The notes under the pieces are model-generated. The model had not been told where the DNA came from, did no database searches, and was given only the letters and a program-made list of their open reading frames with translations. A DNA stretch of 64,000 bases, taken from positions 133,982,001 to 134,046,000 of the forward strand of contig NC_042999.1 of NCBI RefSeq assembly GCF_006345805.1, in the 5' to 3' direction. Positions 1 through 13,345 of this stretch are shown here, piece by piece (within the stretch, counting starts at the first letter, position 1; every line of letters starts with the position of its first letter). Origin of the DNA: Octopus sinensis (lineage: Eukaryota). The position numbers and the translations under genes were made by a program.

Positions 1-1080
1 TACATACATACATACATACGTAAAATGAATGGCTTCTTTTATGAATGAGATGAAAGCGATTAATAACACAGGCCACACATAAACGAAGAAAAGACCATCA
101 GTGCTTACTCAGTCTGTTATAATTGGATTGTATAGCGCAGCATGCATAATATCAGAAAGGAAAGTGGGATGTTCACAGCTGGAAAACCGTTAGTATTATG
201 ATATTGTCCATCAATTTGTGACGTTGAGATAATATGTTGCTACCTAAATGCTATGCTGTGATGTGACATTCTGATATTCTGAAGTTATAAATGATGTTAT
301 TGGCCTGTTCTGTAAGTGTGCGTGTGCATCTGTGTTGGCTTTTATGCTTATACCGGTTTATAAACAGTTATCATGTATGTTCTGAACGTTTAAGTACCAT
401 AACAGGAGCTCGACAAATAGATACTGGGTACTGGAAGCGGGGTTGATATGATAATCAAAAACCTGGCATCAGGACAGGAGATTTACTGAAGCCAGCATCA
501 AAATAAAATGAAAAATAAAAGAATACTCTAAACTCGTGTATTTGTGATGATGTAGTTTGAAATTGTGAAGTTGTGATGTCATGATACTGTTTTAGTCTTT
601 TAAAGCCGAGCTGTCTTTGATAAGGAGTTACAATATCAGAAACGTCTATCAACATTTGAACTTAAATTAAACTCTGTAGATCAGTAATATCATGCCTGTC
701 GCTAATCAGCGTATAAGATCCACATCAGATTTTCATACAAGCAGCATTCTTATAGATTTTTATTCCTTTACTTCTGCTGTGGCGCCGTCTTGAAGAGTTT
801 AGGCAGATAAGCCGACCCCAGTGATTACATTTTTAAACTCTGATACTTATTCTATCACCTTCTTTTTGTCGAACTGGTAAGTTAGGAACGTAAATTAATC
901 AAAACGGATCGTGAAACGATGGTGAAGGACAAATACACCGTCAATCATATATTATGTAGTAACGCATGCATGCATACTGTGTAGACACCCGTTGCGCGGG
1001 TGTATGTATGTGTGTGTGTATAAATACATACGTATATGCACACACACACAGACATACAAACGCACGCACACACATAAAAG

Positions 1081-1230
1081 CACGTGGGGCCTAGTGGTGA
1101 GGGTATTGCACGCACCATCGTCAGACCGCGGGTTCAATTTGTGGACTGTGCGGTTCCTTGTGTTCTTGAGCAAAACATTTTATCTCACGTAGCTCCAGTC
1201 CACTCAGCTGTAAATAGGCAAACCTGCATC
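1081..1230 (+). mobile_element. Degenerate tRNA-derived SINE, head type H2 with CORE-like body
   Basis: A-box-like ggcctagtggt and B-box-like ggttcaatt, then gtgttcttgagcaaaacattttatctcacgtagctccagtccactcagctg, matching the copy at 63614-63862. Confidence 0.75.
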
Positions 1231-1711
1231 GGAATAGCCTTCTGATTAGGGGCGGAATAGCCTTCTGATCAGCCAGCGTGTTGGGGTCATTGGAAAGCTA
1301 AAACGATGTGAAGTGAATTGTGACTAGCGATGTATAACAACATCCGATAGATGGACAATACCCTGATGTACACACACACGTACATATGTGTATATACACG
1401 CACACACACACACATATGTGTATATACACGTGCACACATACACACACATGACTTGTTTCCACACAGCTTCCTTCTAGAAAATTTTCTCATAAGGTCGTTG
1501 GTTGGTGCAGGGTTTAGTAGGAAACACTTGCTTAATGCGCTGTGCAGTGGAACTGAACACGAAACCTCGAGGTGGTGAATCGAACTTCTTCATCATACAG
1601 CTATGACTATTCCTATAAGCAATACCAGCGTTATAACGTTGTATAAGCAGGTAAAGGAAATCCAACACAGGAAATTAACATACAATACGGCAGATAGTAC
1701 ATAGCTACAAA

Positions 1712-1889
1712 GTACAGTTCCATATTTAAGAGATGAGGAACTATGTACATTATTTACATTTGACGGATATTTGTCCTCATCATGTTTGTTGTTAACAACG
1801 TTTCGGCTGATATACGCTCCACCCTTTATCAGTTGTCTTGGGGAAATTTTGAACAAGGGTTGTCATTCCTAAGGTATTTTTCGATGTTA

Positions 1890-1953
<64 letters not shown>

Positions 1954-2047
1954 ATTATTATTATTATTCAAGTCACTGCCTGGAATCGAAATCGGTATCT
2001 TGGGGTTAGTAGCCAGCGCTCTTAACTACACGCCATATGCCCGTGGG
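1712..2047 (-). mobile_element. tRNA-headed SINE with (AAT)n linker and hammerhead-like 3' tail
   Basis: Minus strand reads cccacgggcatatggcgtgtagttaagagcg...gatttcgattccaggc (A/B boxes, 2047-1970), then (aat)n, then a tail with CTGATAA-a-gggtg...cagcc-GAAACGTT. Confidence 0.65.
1791..1837 (-). ncRNA. Decayed minimal type I hammerhead ribozyme motif
   Basis: gacaa-CUGAUAA-a-gggug/gagcguauau/cagcc-GAAAC-GUU-guu. Stem II has 4/5 pairs and stem III is the palindrome AACGUU. G8 is mutated and stem I is imperfect. Confidence 0.5.
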
Positions 2048-2280
2048 AACCTTAACAAGTTGAGGACAAATATCCTTCAAATGTAAATAATGTATAGTTA
2101 CAAACTGTTAAAAAGTTAATATTCTTACAATTTGAACACCATGCCCAACGTAACAGCCGAAGTTGACCCAAAACGATTTGTATTTAGATAGCAAAAGAAA
2201 GCTAAGTTCTTCCAGATAGTTTATGTAATCTCAAACATTAAAGAAATTCAGCTGGTATTAAAATATGTTGTGTTTTAAAC

Positions 2281-2465
2281 TAGTGCTCCACGATCTTTTC
2301 TGACTTGTCGTACCCTTACATTCTTTTCAAAATTCGGCGGCACATCTGAACTAAAAATATAACTAAAACCATAGGGAATAAATGATATTCAGGTTACACT
2401 GCGGCACACCTATCATCGTCTCGTGGAACAACAATGTGCCACGGAATACCGTTTGCGGAGCAATG
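2281..2465. mobile_element. hAT-type MITE
   Basis: Imperfect TIRs tagtgctccacg / tgcggagcaatg, internal gcggcacac repeats, flanks ttttaaac / ttttaaga (6/8 TSD). Confidence 0.5.
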
Positions 2466-2689
2466 TTTTAAGATCGATCTAATTCCGTAGGACATTTTTA
2501 TGTTTAGGAACAAAGTTAGGAACATTTGCCTAAAACAACGGAGAAATTTCACTGAAACCACTTCTTAATTATCTTAACGAAGGAGAGATGCCTTATACTT
2601 TTATCTTTCATTTATAGTGCCAGATCGAACAAAGCCTTGTGAATGGATTTAGCGGATGAGAACTGAGACACCGGTTGTTTGTGAGTGTA

Positions 2690-3258
2690 TAGGTATGTCT
2701 GTGTATCTTTGTGTTTGTGGTGTGTTTGCCTCCCACCACCAATAGACAACTGGTGTTAGTTTGTTTACATCCCCGTAACATTGCACTCCGTCGGTAACGA
2801 CGACAAGGGGCTCCAGTTGATCCGATCAAACAGAACAGCATGCTCGTGAAATTAACGTGCAAGTAGTCGAGTACTCCACAGACACGCGTATCTTGAACGT
2901 AGTTCGTAGTTCTCTGTGATATTCAGCATGGTACAGAATGAGACAAGGCTGGGCCTTTGCAATACAGGTACTACTCATTTTTGCCAGATGAGTGGACTGG
3001 AGCAGTATGAAATAAAGCGTCTTGCACAAAGACACAACACGCCGCCAGTAATCGAACTCACGACCTTACGATAGTGAGTCGAAAACCCAAACCATTAAGC
3101 CACCAAGCGCCATAACACCAGTGGTTCGGCAAAAGAGAGCGATAGAATAAATATCAGACTTTAAAAAAAAATAAGTACTAAGGGCGATTTCGACTAAACT
3201 CTTCAAGATAGTGCCCCAGCATGGCCGTAGTCAAATGACTGAAGAAAAGTAAAAGATG
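2690..3258 (+). mobile_element. SINE family A 3' half, interrupted by another SINE
   Basis: gtttacatccccgtaac ... gtggttcggcaaaagagagcgatagaataa ... gtgccccagcatggccgtagtcaaatgactgaa, matching the family A tail. Confidence 0.7.
2783..3111 (-). mobile_element. tRNA-derived SINE, head H2/CORE-like + tail T1
   Basis: The reverse complement has the head/body of 63614-63745 and the tail of 24780-24963. Confidence 0.8.
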
Positions 3259-3537
3259 GAGGATAGAAGTTACACAAACATACGCGCACACGCATTCAAA
3301 CATCGTAGACTAAATTCAATATTTCACCAGCTTCCATGTGAAGCTCGTAGACAAAGCACAAACGATACATGGTTTTTTAAACATACCCTTCAAGTTCTTT
3401 GACCTAGGTCTCACTTAACTTCACTCGCATTATTTATTCTGCTGCTTTCAAGATATTTTGAGAGAGAAGTGTTAAAAGATTTCTCACTCTCACTCTCCAC
3501 TCAATATCCCTCCCTGTCTATCTGTTTATCTGTCTGC

Positions 3538-3595
<58 letters not shown>

Positions 3596-3764
3596 AGCGT
3601 TTTTAACTGGTTAAGATCATCCGACAGTCCTGCTTCATTTCAGCACACTTCAAAGGAAACGTCTGCAAGAGGAAATCAGATGTGTTTTATATTAACCAAT
3701 ACAGCCTCTGTTTCTGCCAGTAGACGATGTGCATGTGTAGAAAGGTATATACATCCATCCATAC

Positions 3765-4023
3765 AAACATACTTGCATACATACATACATACATACATAC
3801 ATACATACATACATACATACATACATGCATACATGCATACATGCATAAATACATACACACACATATATACACACACACATACATGAATATATATACACAT
3901 GCATATGCATATATATGTTTAATATATATATATATAATATTATGCATATATATATATATATAATATATATAATACACATATACATATATATATATACATA
4001 TAATATATATGCATATATACTAT

Positions 4024-4057
<34 letters not shown>

Positions 4058-4068
4058 ACATATATATA

Positions 4069-4110
<42 letters not shown>

Positions 4111-4124
4111 GCATATACATATAC

Positions 4125-4176
<52 letters not shown>

Positions 4177-4232
4177 CATATATATATATATATATAACAT
4201 ATATATATATCTATATATATATATATATAATA
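3765..4232. repeat. (TACA)n/(TA)n compound microsatellite
   Basis: Directly visible tandem repeats; many comparable tracts occur across the window. Confidence 0.95.
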
Positions 4233-4975
4233 TGATAAATACGAAAACTAATTTCTGTGTGTCAGTGTGTCACACTTTAACCCTTTCTCTCACTATTCAG
4301 TGACACGTCTACTATTTCTCGTGCTGGGGTGAGAGTAATAGTAGGCATAAAGACAGTGAGGGAGGTTGTGACGACAGAGAGAGAGAGAGAGGGGGGGGGA
4401 GAGAAAGAAAGCCAAAGGAATTTAGGGAGAGTTGATGTTTTACTAAAAGTAGTAATGTTGATGGTGGATGTGGAAGTAATAATAAGAGACAGAGAAAGAG
4501 CGGGTATGTGAGAGAAAGAGGGACTGAACACTGAACCAGCATACTGAACTAACATATTGAATGTTAATGGGGTGATAGTAATAATATGAGTTGTAGTTGT
4601 GACAGAAGTGGAGGCAGCGGTGATGATGGTGGTAGCCGAAGCGGTCAGGGATTACTGTGAGAGTAAGCGGTGTGAAAGACAGGTGATGGTGGTGGATGGG
4701 AAGGCGGCGAAGTCAGAGATATTGATGGTGGTGGCGTCAAAAGTCTGAATGGTGTATATGTCAGATGTGGTGGTAATGTTGGTGGTACTATTGTTTATCA
4801 TGCAGTTTTACAATAAGTTCCAAGTTGGCAAATTATATTGTTTTGATGGAAATTGTACATTGCTTGAAAAATATTATTCAAGTTTAATATAATTTAATAT
4901 GTACTCAATATATGAAGTGCCTCCACAGGAGCTAGCTTAAAAGCCACTTATGGCGGCTTTTAAGGTAGTGTACAT

Positions 4976-5043
<68 letters not shown>

Positions 5044-5163
5044 GTGGTGTGTGTGGTGTGTGTGTGTTTGTGTAGATACATACATAGTTATAGATACAGA
5101 GAGAGAAACAGTGAGAGAGAGTTGTGGGGAGTGAGATTTACATATGTAGATAGACAGACAAAC

Positions 5164-5247
<84 letters not shown>

Positions 5248-5819
5248 GCAGACAGACAGCCAGACAGAGCAATGGCTGAACAAGTAAGATAAAATATAAA
5301 AGATATAGTCCCATAGTCACCTTAAATTTTCAAAGTATAAACTCATCCGGTACCCAAAGGCAGTTTTGATCAGCTGCACCATTTTTTTTTTTTTCTGATT
5401 TAGAGAAAATTTTGACTATCGTGATTATCTCCCTTATCAAGTGGAGCTGGCCTTCATTGCCATTTGGTAATTACGGCACATGCTCTACAGGTAGAGATAA
5501 AGTCAATATATCAATGCGTGACATCAATAAATCAAAATTTATGTTGTATGGTATTTGACATATCTTTTATCTTTTACTTGTTTCAGTCATTAGACTGTGA
5601 CCATGAATGGGCACCACATTAAAGAATTTTTAGTCAAATGAATCGGCCCCAGAATTATACTTTGTTTTAAGCCTGGTACTTATTCTATCGCCCCCTTATT
5701 CTGAACCGCTAAGTTACATTGACGTAAATACACCAACAATTAGTGGTGGGGGACAAAGACACACACACACATATAGAATTTGAACACACACACACACACA
5801 TATACATATATTATATATA

Positions 5820-8378
5820 CAGCATACCTCATCCTAATCGTTAATTGTTTCCAGGATACAGGAAGTAAGTCGGAAAACAACGTAAGTCGAATTTACTTGT
5901 CTCTAAGCTAAACTGATAATAACCATTCCTAGTTCTGTTCTTTATTTATGAATGCATTTTCAATAATACATGGTTAATAAAAACCTATTTTAAGCTTACA
6001 AACATATAATTTTTATTTTTTGATACAGTACAAAGGAAAAAAAAACGTAATCTAAATTTACGAATTCAATTTGGCGGTGTTGTACTGTATATTGCGGACT
6101 CTTTATTTATGAATGCGGTTTGCAATAAGACATGGTAAAATAAAAGCCTGTTTAAGCTTAAAAAACAAATTCAGTAATTATTATTATTTTGCAATAGTAA
6201 AAAAAAATTAATTATTTAAAATTTACTAATACATACATACAATTTGGTGGTTTCCATCGCTGATGTAGATGGCTGAGGATCGTCAGCATCAACAGCTGAC
6301 TCTGGCTGTTCTTGTTCGATGCGCTTAAAACACCGGTCGAGTGTTCCTTGAACTGTCTTCTTTTACTCAAGGATTACATTATAAGGAGCAAAAGTTTCGT
6401 GACAAGCCCCCGTAATCTTGAGAAAATGTTGAGCATTTGGATCCATATCCTCGAACATAGAAAAGTTTTTTTTCAATATATACAAATGCTTGCTGCATTT
6501 TCTTAATGGTAAATGACGTGGCTCAGGTTCGATTTCCTCTTCTTCTTTATTTTGCTGTTCGAAAAGCTCTATCAAGTCCTCGTTCGTTAAAGACTGCTTG
6601 TCTTTTTCAAATAAATCTGTGAAATTCTCCTACAAATTCAATTCCAGTTCTTTCCTCGTAGTCGTCAACGCTTTGTTGATAGCAACATTATCAAACCCCT
6701 TAAACTCATTCACGAGTTGCGGGCAAAACTTCTTTCATACACCATTCGCCGTGTTCTGTACATCATTCCATGCTACTGCTATGCTCTGTACAGCATTGTA
6801 GATATAGAATCTCTTTCAAAGGTCCCGTGATATGATGGACTCATCAAGATCAGTTACAGCTACTGCTTGCCGCAGCGTACGCTTCATATAGTAACGCTTG
6901 AAGATAGCAATTATTCCTTGATACATTGGCTGCAGAAGAGACGTGGCGTTCGGAGGGAGGTATACGACGGCAACGTTAGGGTCAAAATCTACGATGGTTT
7001 GCGCGTGGCCAGGAGCATTATCTAAGATAAGTAAAACCTTAAAAGGAATTCCCTTCTCCTTACAGTACTTTTCTGCTGCTGGGATAAATCTTCCAAAACA
7101 ACAACAGTAATCCATGCTTTTGAATTAGCCATCTATATAACAGGGTAAGCTGCCTTGGGTATGTTCTTCAGAGCACGGGGGTTGTGTGCATGGTACACAA
7201 ACAATGGCTCTGATATAAAATCTCCTGCAGAATTACCTTCCAACATAATAGTAACACGTTCTTTTGAGACCTTGTAGCTTGGAATAGTCTTCTCCTTGGA
7301 AATGAATGAATATCTGGCAATTTTTTCCAATGCAATCCAATTTGGTCTACGTTAAAAATCTGTTCGGGAAGAAACCCGTTTTCTTCGATGATTTTCTTTC
7401 ATGAATTAGGAAATTCCGCTGTTGCTTGTTCGTCAGCTGATGCACTTTCACCTTGCTTCTTAATAGAGTGATAACTTCTTCGCTCCTTAAATCTCATGAA
7501 CCATCCTTGACTTGACTTGAACTTTACATCTTTCTCATCTGGATTTTTTTCTCTTCAGGTCCTCGAATAAAGACAATGCTTTCTCTTGAATGAGTTCTTG
7601 ACTAATAATTGCACGCTGATGATCCAACCTAACAATACAAAGAGAAAGACTTACCGTTTCTTCAAAGATTTTGCCTCTTTTCTTATTGCTGACATTGTTC
7701 TTCATCCCTGGAGCTTCATATTTGATAAGTGCTAGAATCTTGTCCTTATTGTCTATAATCATCGATACAGCTGTCCGACTCATCCCCCAAAATCGTGCAA
7801 TTGCTACCACTTTTTCACCTTTTCATTGGCGTTTTATTATAACTAGTTTATCTTTCAGGGTTATAGCATGACGCTTAGCATTTTCACTATGAAATTTCTT
7901 AGGAGCCATGGGAGCAAAAAATAAAGTTACAAATGAATGAAAATGAGAAAGTAACCGATAAACAGACGTAAACAAATCTGAATTCAAAACTACCGCGGGA
8001 ATTACGACTGACAACGACGCCTAACGGTAGATATTGGAACTACAGTGCAATACGAGCTCCAAACAACCAATAAATAAGAGAAGACAGCTGATTTCATTTC
8101 GTTCACTAATCTGTACTACTTTATGTATCTTAACATTTACTGTACATATTTTAATATGAATTTATATGTTTTTATTCTTACTTATTGTACAGTAATATGA
8201 TTTTATGTGCTTTTAACGGTTTTCTAGTGATTTTACGATTTCAATATTTGTGGCGGACAGACGTAAAGTCGAGTAAAACGACTTAACTGGATTTCTATTT
8301 TTCCCTATATCATTCTTGAAAATCGACGGATAATAGAGAACGACGTAAATCGAAACGGCTTAAGTCGAGGTATATCTG
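5820..8378 (-). mobile_element. pogo/Tigger DNA transposon, near full length, decayed
   Basis: TA flanks (5818-19, 8379-80); imperfect TIR cagcatacctc / rc cagatatacctcgac; subterminal gtaagtcg repeats; transposase remnants inside. Confidence 0.85.
6290..7909 (-). pseudogene. pogo/Tigger transposase pseudogene (CENP-B-type HTH + DDE_1)
   Basis: Fragments MAPKKFHSENAKRHAITLKDKLVII, ELIQEKALSLFEDLK, KVSKERVTIMLEGNSAGDF, KVLLILDNAPGH, LPPNATSLLQPMYQGIIAIFKRYY; stops and frameshifts. Confidence 0.9.
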
Positions 8379-9070
8379 TATATCTATATATATGGACTTC
8401 TTTCAGTTTCCGTCGACTGAATCCACTCACAAGACTTTGCTGAGGCTATAGTAGAAGACACTTGCTTATGGTGCCATGCAGTGAGACCTCAACCCGAAAC
8501 CGTATGGTTCGAAAGCAAGCTTCTTACTCCATAGCTACGCTTAGGCCTGTGTTTCTCTAGGAGACGTTACCCTCAAAGACTATATGACAATTTCTTCCCA
8601 CATCATCCTTCGGGTTAAATACTAAAAACAAGTATTGTTTCAACGATAGAAACACCACAGAGACTCGCCATTTCTTCAAATTGTCATCACGTGATTATAC
8701 GCATGCCATTTTTAGTACTGAACAAAAGAAGACACATGATGTAAGGAAAAAACTTGTTTCTGTACTAAATAGATTTTATAGGTCGTGTAGGGTAGAGTAC
8801 ACAGGGTGTATTAGAGTAGAGCAGTTATTAAAGAGCGGAGGGTGACTTCTGTATGGTCGGGTGGTTTCTGCATAGAATCTTGAAGATATTGTAGGGATGA
8901 AAGAATGGGGCTTTGTAGAGGATGTGGGATGTCAAACTGAGTAGTTGTCAGTCATTTGTCACGAAGATAAGAGCACAATTCTCGTACATTATTCATTCAT
9001 TCATACATTCATATATACACGGACATACATACATATAAACATACGTATTTGCATACAGACATATATATAT

Positions 9071-9154
<84 letters not shown>

Positions 9155-9272
9155 ATATATATAAAAATACAAAATGGGACAAGAACGCAAAATACACAAA
9201 GAGACGACACAAAAAAAACGGACGGGTCATTCGAAGCCTCTAATCTTCAGTCAGGAACCGGATCATCCTAGT

Positions 9273-9310
<38 letters not shown>

Positions 9311-9412
9311 CACTTACATAGAAAGAGGGAAAATACAGAAGAGAAGGGAAGGTTGTGAGTGTATGAGAGAGAGAAAGACAGAGAGGGAGATAGAGAGAAA
9401 GAGAGAGGGTCT

Positions 9413-9443
<31 letters not shown>

Positions 9444-10453
9444 ATATATTCGTGATCGATGAAAAACAGTAAAACGAGCGCAACTAACTCTAAAAATTAC
9501 CACCACCACCACCACCACCACCGCTACCACCGCCATTACCACCACCATAGCAACAAAGACGAACAGCACCACAACCCAAACAAATGTCACCATCATACCT
9601 CTCATCACAAGGAAAACACCACCACGCCCCTTATCACATCACCACCACCACCACCACCACCACAGCCACCACCAGCAACAACAACAGCCAGTATTTCCAA
9701 CGTCATCAGGTCTTCAAACGCTGATGGCAATGTCACTGTTGCAGAACGTTAGTGCAAAGACAGGTAAACATCATAGCTGCGTGATTGCCGACACTGTCCG
9801 CTCCTTCATACGCCTCATCCTTATTCAGCGAATGACAAGTGATATGGTATCCTTACATGACTGATACATAGCCAGCCAGACTGAGTGACTGACAGCTAGA
9901 CTGACAGCTAGACTGACAGACAGGCAACCAGCCAGCCAGCCACCCAGCCAGCCAGCCAGCCAGACGAATTTTTTGTTCTGTCATTGATGAGACAGGAAAG
10001 ATATATACAAGACAGCGACTTAGGCGTACAGTAACAGATTGATTGTAATGATAAAAGAAGCGTGGTTGTCGATGTAGCCGATAGTCATGATGATAATGAT
10101 GATGATGATGTTGGTAGTGGTGGTGGTGGTGGTGGTGGTGGTGATGGTCGTCGTCGTCGACGTCAAGGTCACCACGATGTGACAATGAGGCTATCAATGA
10201 TAATGATCATTGTATTGATTAAGGAAAGCATAAGAAGCTGGAGGAAGATATGGAGACGAGTTGTCAGGGATGAAAGAGGATGGGTGATAAACAGGCCATT
10301 TGCAGCGAAAAATCACTCCATTTTTATACGCGCATGCAAAACAGACATCACATCACACACACAGAGCAACATACACGCGTATACACATAGTTAATACACA
10401 GATACTCATATATATACCCTATCACCATATATATATATATATGTATATATTTG

Positions 10454-10517
<64 letters not shown>

Positions 10518-10779
10518 CAGAGTGTGTGCGTGCGTGCTAGAGAAGCGCGATCCGGAAGACACCTTCGTACAGACAATTAACATCAAACATATACACGGCT
10601 TGTATATATGACATAAAGCGGATGATACTCGATCAACAAAATTTTATTAACCAGCGTATATTATAGATTTCGTCCCATATCGAATCAGATTGAAATTTCG
10701 ATAAGTTGACAGCAACAAGACAGCTCATGGTTTAGCAACGAAGATTGCTAATTATGCGATTATAAATTGATAGGTGTAT

Positions 10780-10846
10780 GGTTTCAAGGTGTTGTCGTAT
10801 GGAGAAACTTTTCTCACTTTTCTCCATGCGACAATAACTTGAAACC
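10780..10846 (+). other. Isolated 28-bp-stem hairpin
   Basis: ggtttcaaggtgttgtcgtatggagaaa / 11-nt loop / tttctccatgcgacaataacttgaaacc. As plus-strand RNA: 25 Watson-Crick pairs, 2 G-U, 1 mismatch. Confidence 0.7.
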
Positions 10847-10963
10847 AGTAGGTGAAGAAACGCTGAGCTGAATATATGTTACATATTTGAGTGACGTAAA
10901 ACATGTTCAGATTGGCATGGAAACATATGTAGTATGGATTTACCTTCTCCATTCCCTCCACCT

Positions 10964-11004
<41 letters not shown>

Positions 11005-11390
11005 TAAATACACACGCATGTATATATGCATGTATATATTTATGTAACTTTGCAGAAACAGATGTACATGCAATTACATAAACATGCAAACAATTATACT
11101 AACACAAATACTCGTCTGTGGGGGTGGGTGGAGTAAATTCTCTCCCACACAGGCGTACACAGGGTATTATATGTTTTGTCTCTCTGCGCTCTGAGAACAA
11201 ATTTCCCTTGAAGTCTACTTTGCTTCTATTATTTCGCCTCCGAAAAGTCGAATACCATCAATTATTGGAATACAGGGTCGGTTTGTCTGTCACTATCTCT
11301 TTGTCTCTCACTGTCTTTCTTTCCTTCTCTCACTCACTCACTATCTCCCTCCCTCTCTCTTTCTCTCTCTTTTCTTTCTCTCTCACTTTC

Positions 11391-11425
<35 letters not shown>

Positions 11426-12095
11426 TTCTCGCAGAATTGACTACGTTTATCTCGTGACAAAAATCATGAGTGAGGAACCCATTCAAAGCATATCGCATTG
11501 CTCAGAAAATAGGGAAGTGTTGAGTGAGAGAATAGTAGCCTGTTCTCGTAGAATCTCATATATTACTGGCACCATCCGAGGATGAAACGATGTGCAACAC
11601 AGCAGAGAAAGAAGATTAAGCAGATATTTATATATATTTATAACCCACGCTGTGTTGGCATTGCACTAACTAATGTCTAGCCATCTTCCTTACATGTTGA
11701 TTAATAGGCTTGTACTATATTGTCTTGGCATTTGAGGAATGTTGAGATGGGTGAGATGCTACGAGTTGTTAAAATAGCAAAGAAACTAGTTGGTTCCGAA
11801 CCACCACAATCCAAGCTACTAAAATTGCATTAATTGCTCAAACATCTTATAAGACAAAACGTATGAGAATAAAGAACAAATATATATATATATATATATA
11901 TATGGCACGACAACAAAAGAATGAAAGAGGCCTCGATATTATGTAAATAGAGGAATTTATCTGTAAATATAATATATATATATATATATCTTTCGGTAGT
12001 ACTCTATGACGCCATACGTGAATGTTTGACATTGTGTTTCATCTGCTTGAAAAAGAGCAAAACAACTGACCATGTGGTAATATTGTAACATTGTC

Positions 12096-12126
<31 letters not shown>

Positions 12127-12143
12127 TAATAATAATAATAATA

Positions 12144-12207
<64 letters not shown>

Positions 12208-12301
12208 TTGCCCTAGGAGTCGGGAAGACACTCGGCAAGAAATTGAAGCAAATTTGAAAGAAGAAGAAAAAAAGATAACAATAATAATAATAATAATAGT
12301 A

Positions 12302-12339
<38 letters not shown>

Positions 12340-12494
12340 CACACATACAGGCATTCATACATACATATTTGTATATTGATGATGTAATAAAAAATTTACG
12401 AAGTACAGGGTAACGTGAAATAAGTCGAAGCAGATTAACCTACAGATAATAGTATAGGTTCAAAAAAACCTTTGCAGAAAATGTCGAAAGCTGA

Positions 12495-12565
12495 CCGAAG
12501 GATTCGAACCGACATATTCCGTAATTATGACAGACGTTCTACCATTGGGTTAACGCAATCTTGCC
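12495..12565 (-). pseudogene. Degenerate tRNA-like sequence (SINE head or tRNA pseudogene)
   Basis: rc gcgttaacccaatggtagaacgtctgtcataattacggaatatgtcggttcgaatcc, with A-box-like and B-box (ggttcgaatcc) motifs; no convincing acceptor stem. Confidence 0.4.
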
Positions 12566-12878
12566 TGTTTCTTTATCTGTTTTAAAAACTTTATTCTTAC
12601 AAGCGAAGATCATATGTGTATGGGTGTGCGTGTGCATGTGTGTAATGGTATATATGTGTATATGAAAATATGTGTGTGTGTGTCCCCCAGAACTCGCGTT
12701 GTGTACTTCTCTGGAAGTACCCCACCTTCATACCCTAGCAGTGCCTAAGATACATACATACATATATGTGTGTGTGTGCGTCTACATACATACACACGTG
12801 CATACATATGCATATGTGAAAGAGCGAGAGTGTATGTGTGGGAATGTGTGTGAGTGTGTGTGTAAGAGAGAGAGACAA

Positions 12879-12918
<40 letters not shown>

Positions 12919-13345
12919 TGGGCGACAGAGGATGTGTGCAAGATGTGAGAAGAGAAATTCGAGTCGCCCTGTGATGTCAGTGTATACGTTTGAAGAGGAC
13001 AAGTGTGAAGACAGCTGGAAAAGCGCTGTTGAGGTTTGTTGTGTTAACAAATGAGCGAACTGTTAGTTCCGTCTGGCCATCTGAATTGGAAGGAGAGGAC
13101 ATCAAACGAAACAAATAAATCACTGGGAGGAGCTTCGAAAGAGGCTAATATCGCCTGTGTATATAGCGGGAGTAGTATTTATGAAGAACAGAAGGATCTT
13201 GAAGAATTAATAGTAATGATGATGATGATGGTGATGATGATGATGGTGGTGATGATGGTGGTGATGATGATGGTGATGATGACGATGACGATGATGGTGA
13301 TGATGATGACAATAATAATAATAATTATTATTATTCATTTTATTT

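Larger units (their letters stand above)
5560..8545 (-). mobile_element. SINE family A copy split by a Tigger insertion
   Basis: 3' half at about 5560-5770 and 5' half at about 8390-8545, on either side of the Tigger element in the SINE's TA-rich linker. Confidence 0.75.

Noticed and set aside
9221-9255. CUGAAGA-N11-GAAUGACCCGUC on the minus strand, similar to CCGAGGA-N11-GAAUGACC at 38293-38322
   Set aside because: Hammerhead-like spacing in a shared repeat family, but GAAU replaces GAAA and stems I and II cannot be formed in these copies; a family consensus is needed.
10915-10940. GAAACAUAUGUA (palindromic stem III plus GUA site)
   Set aside because: No CUGANGA core or stem I partner found upstream in this copy.
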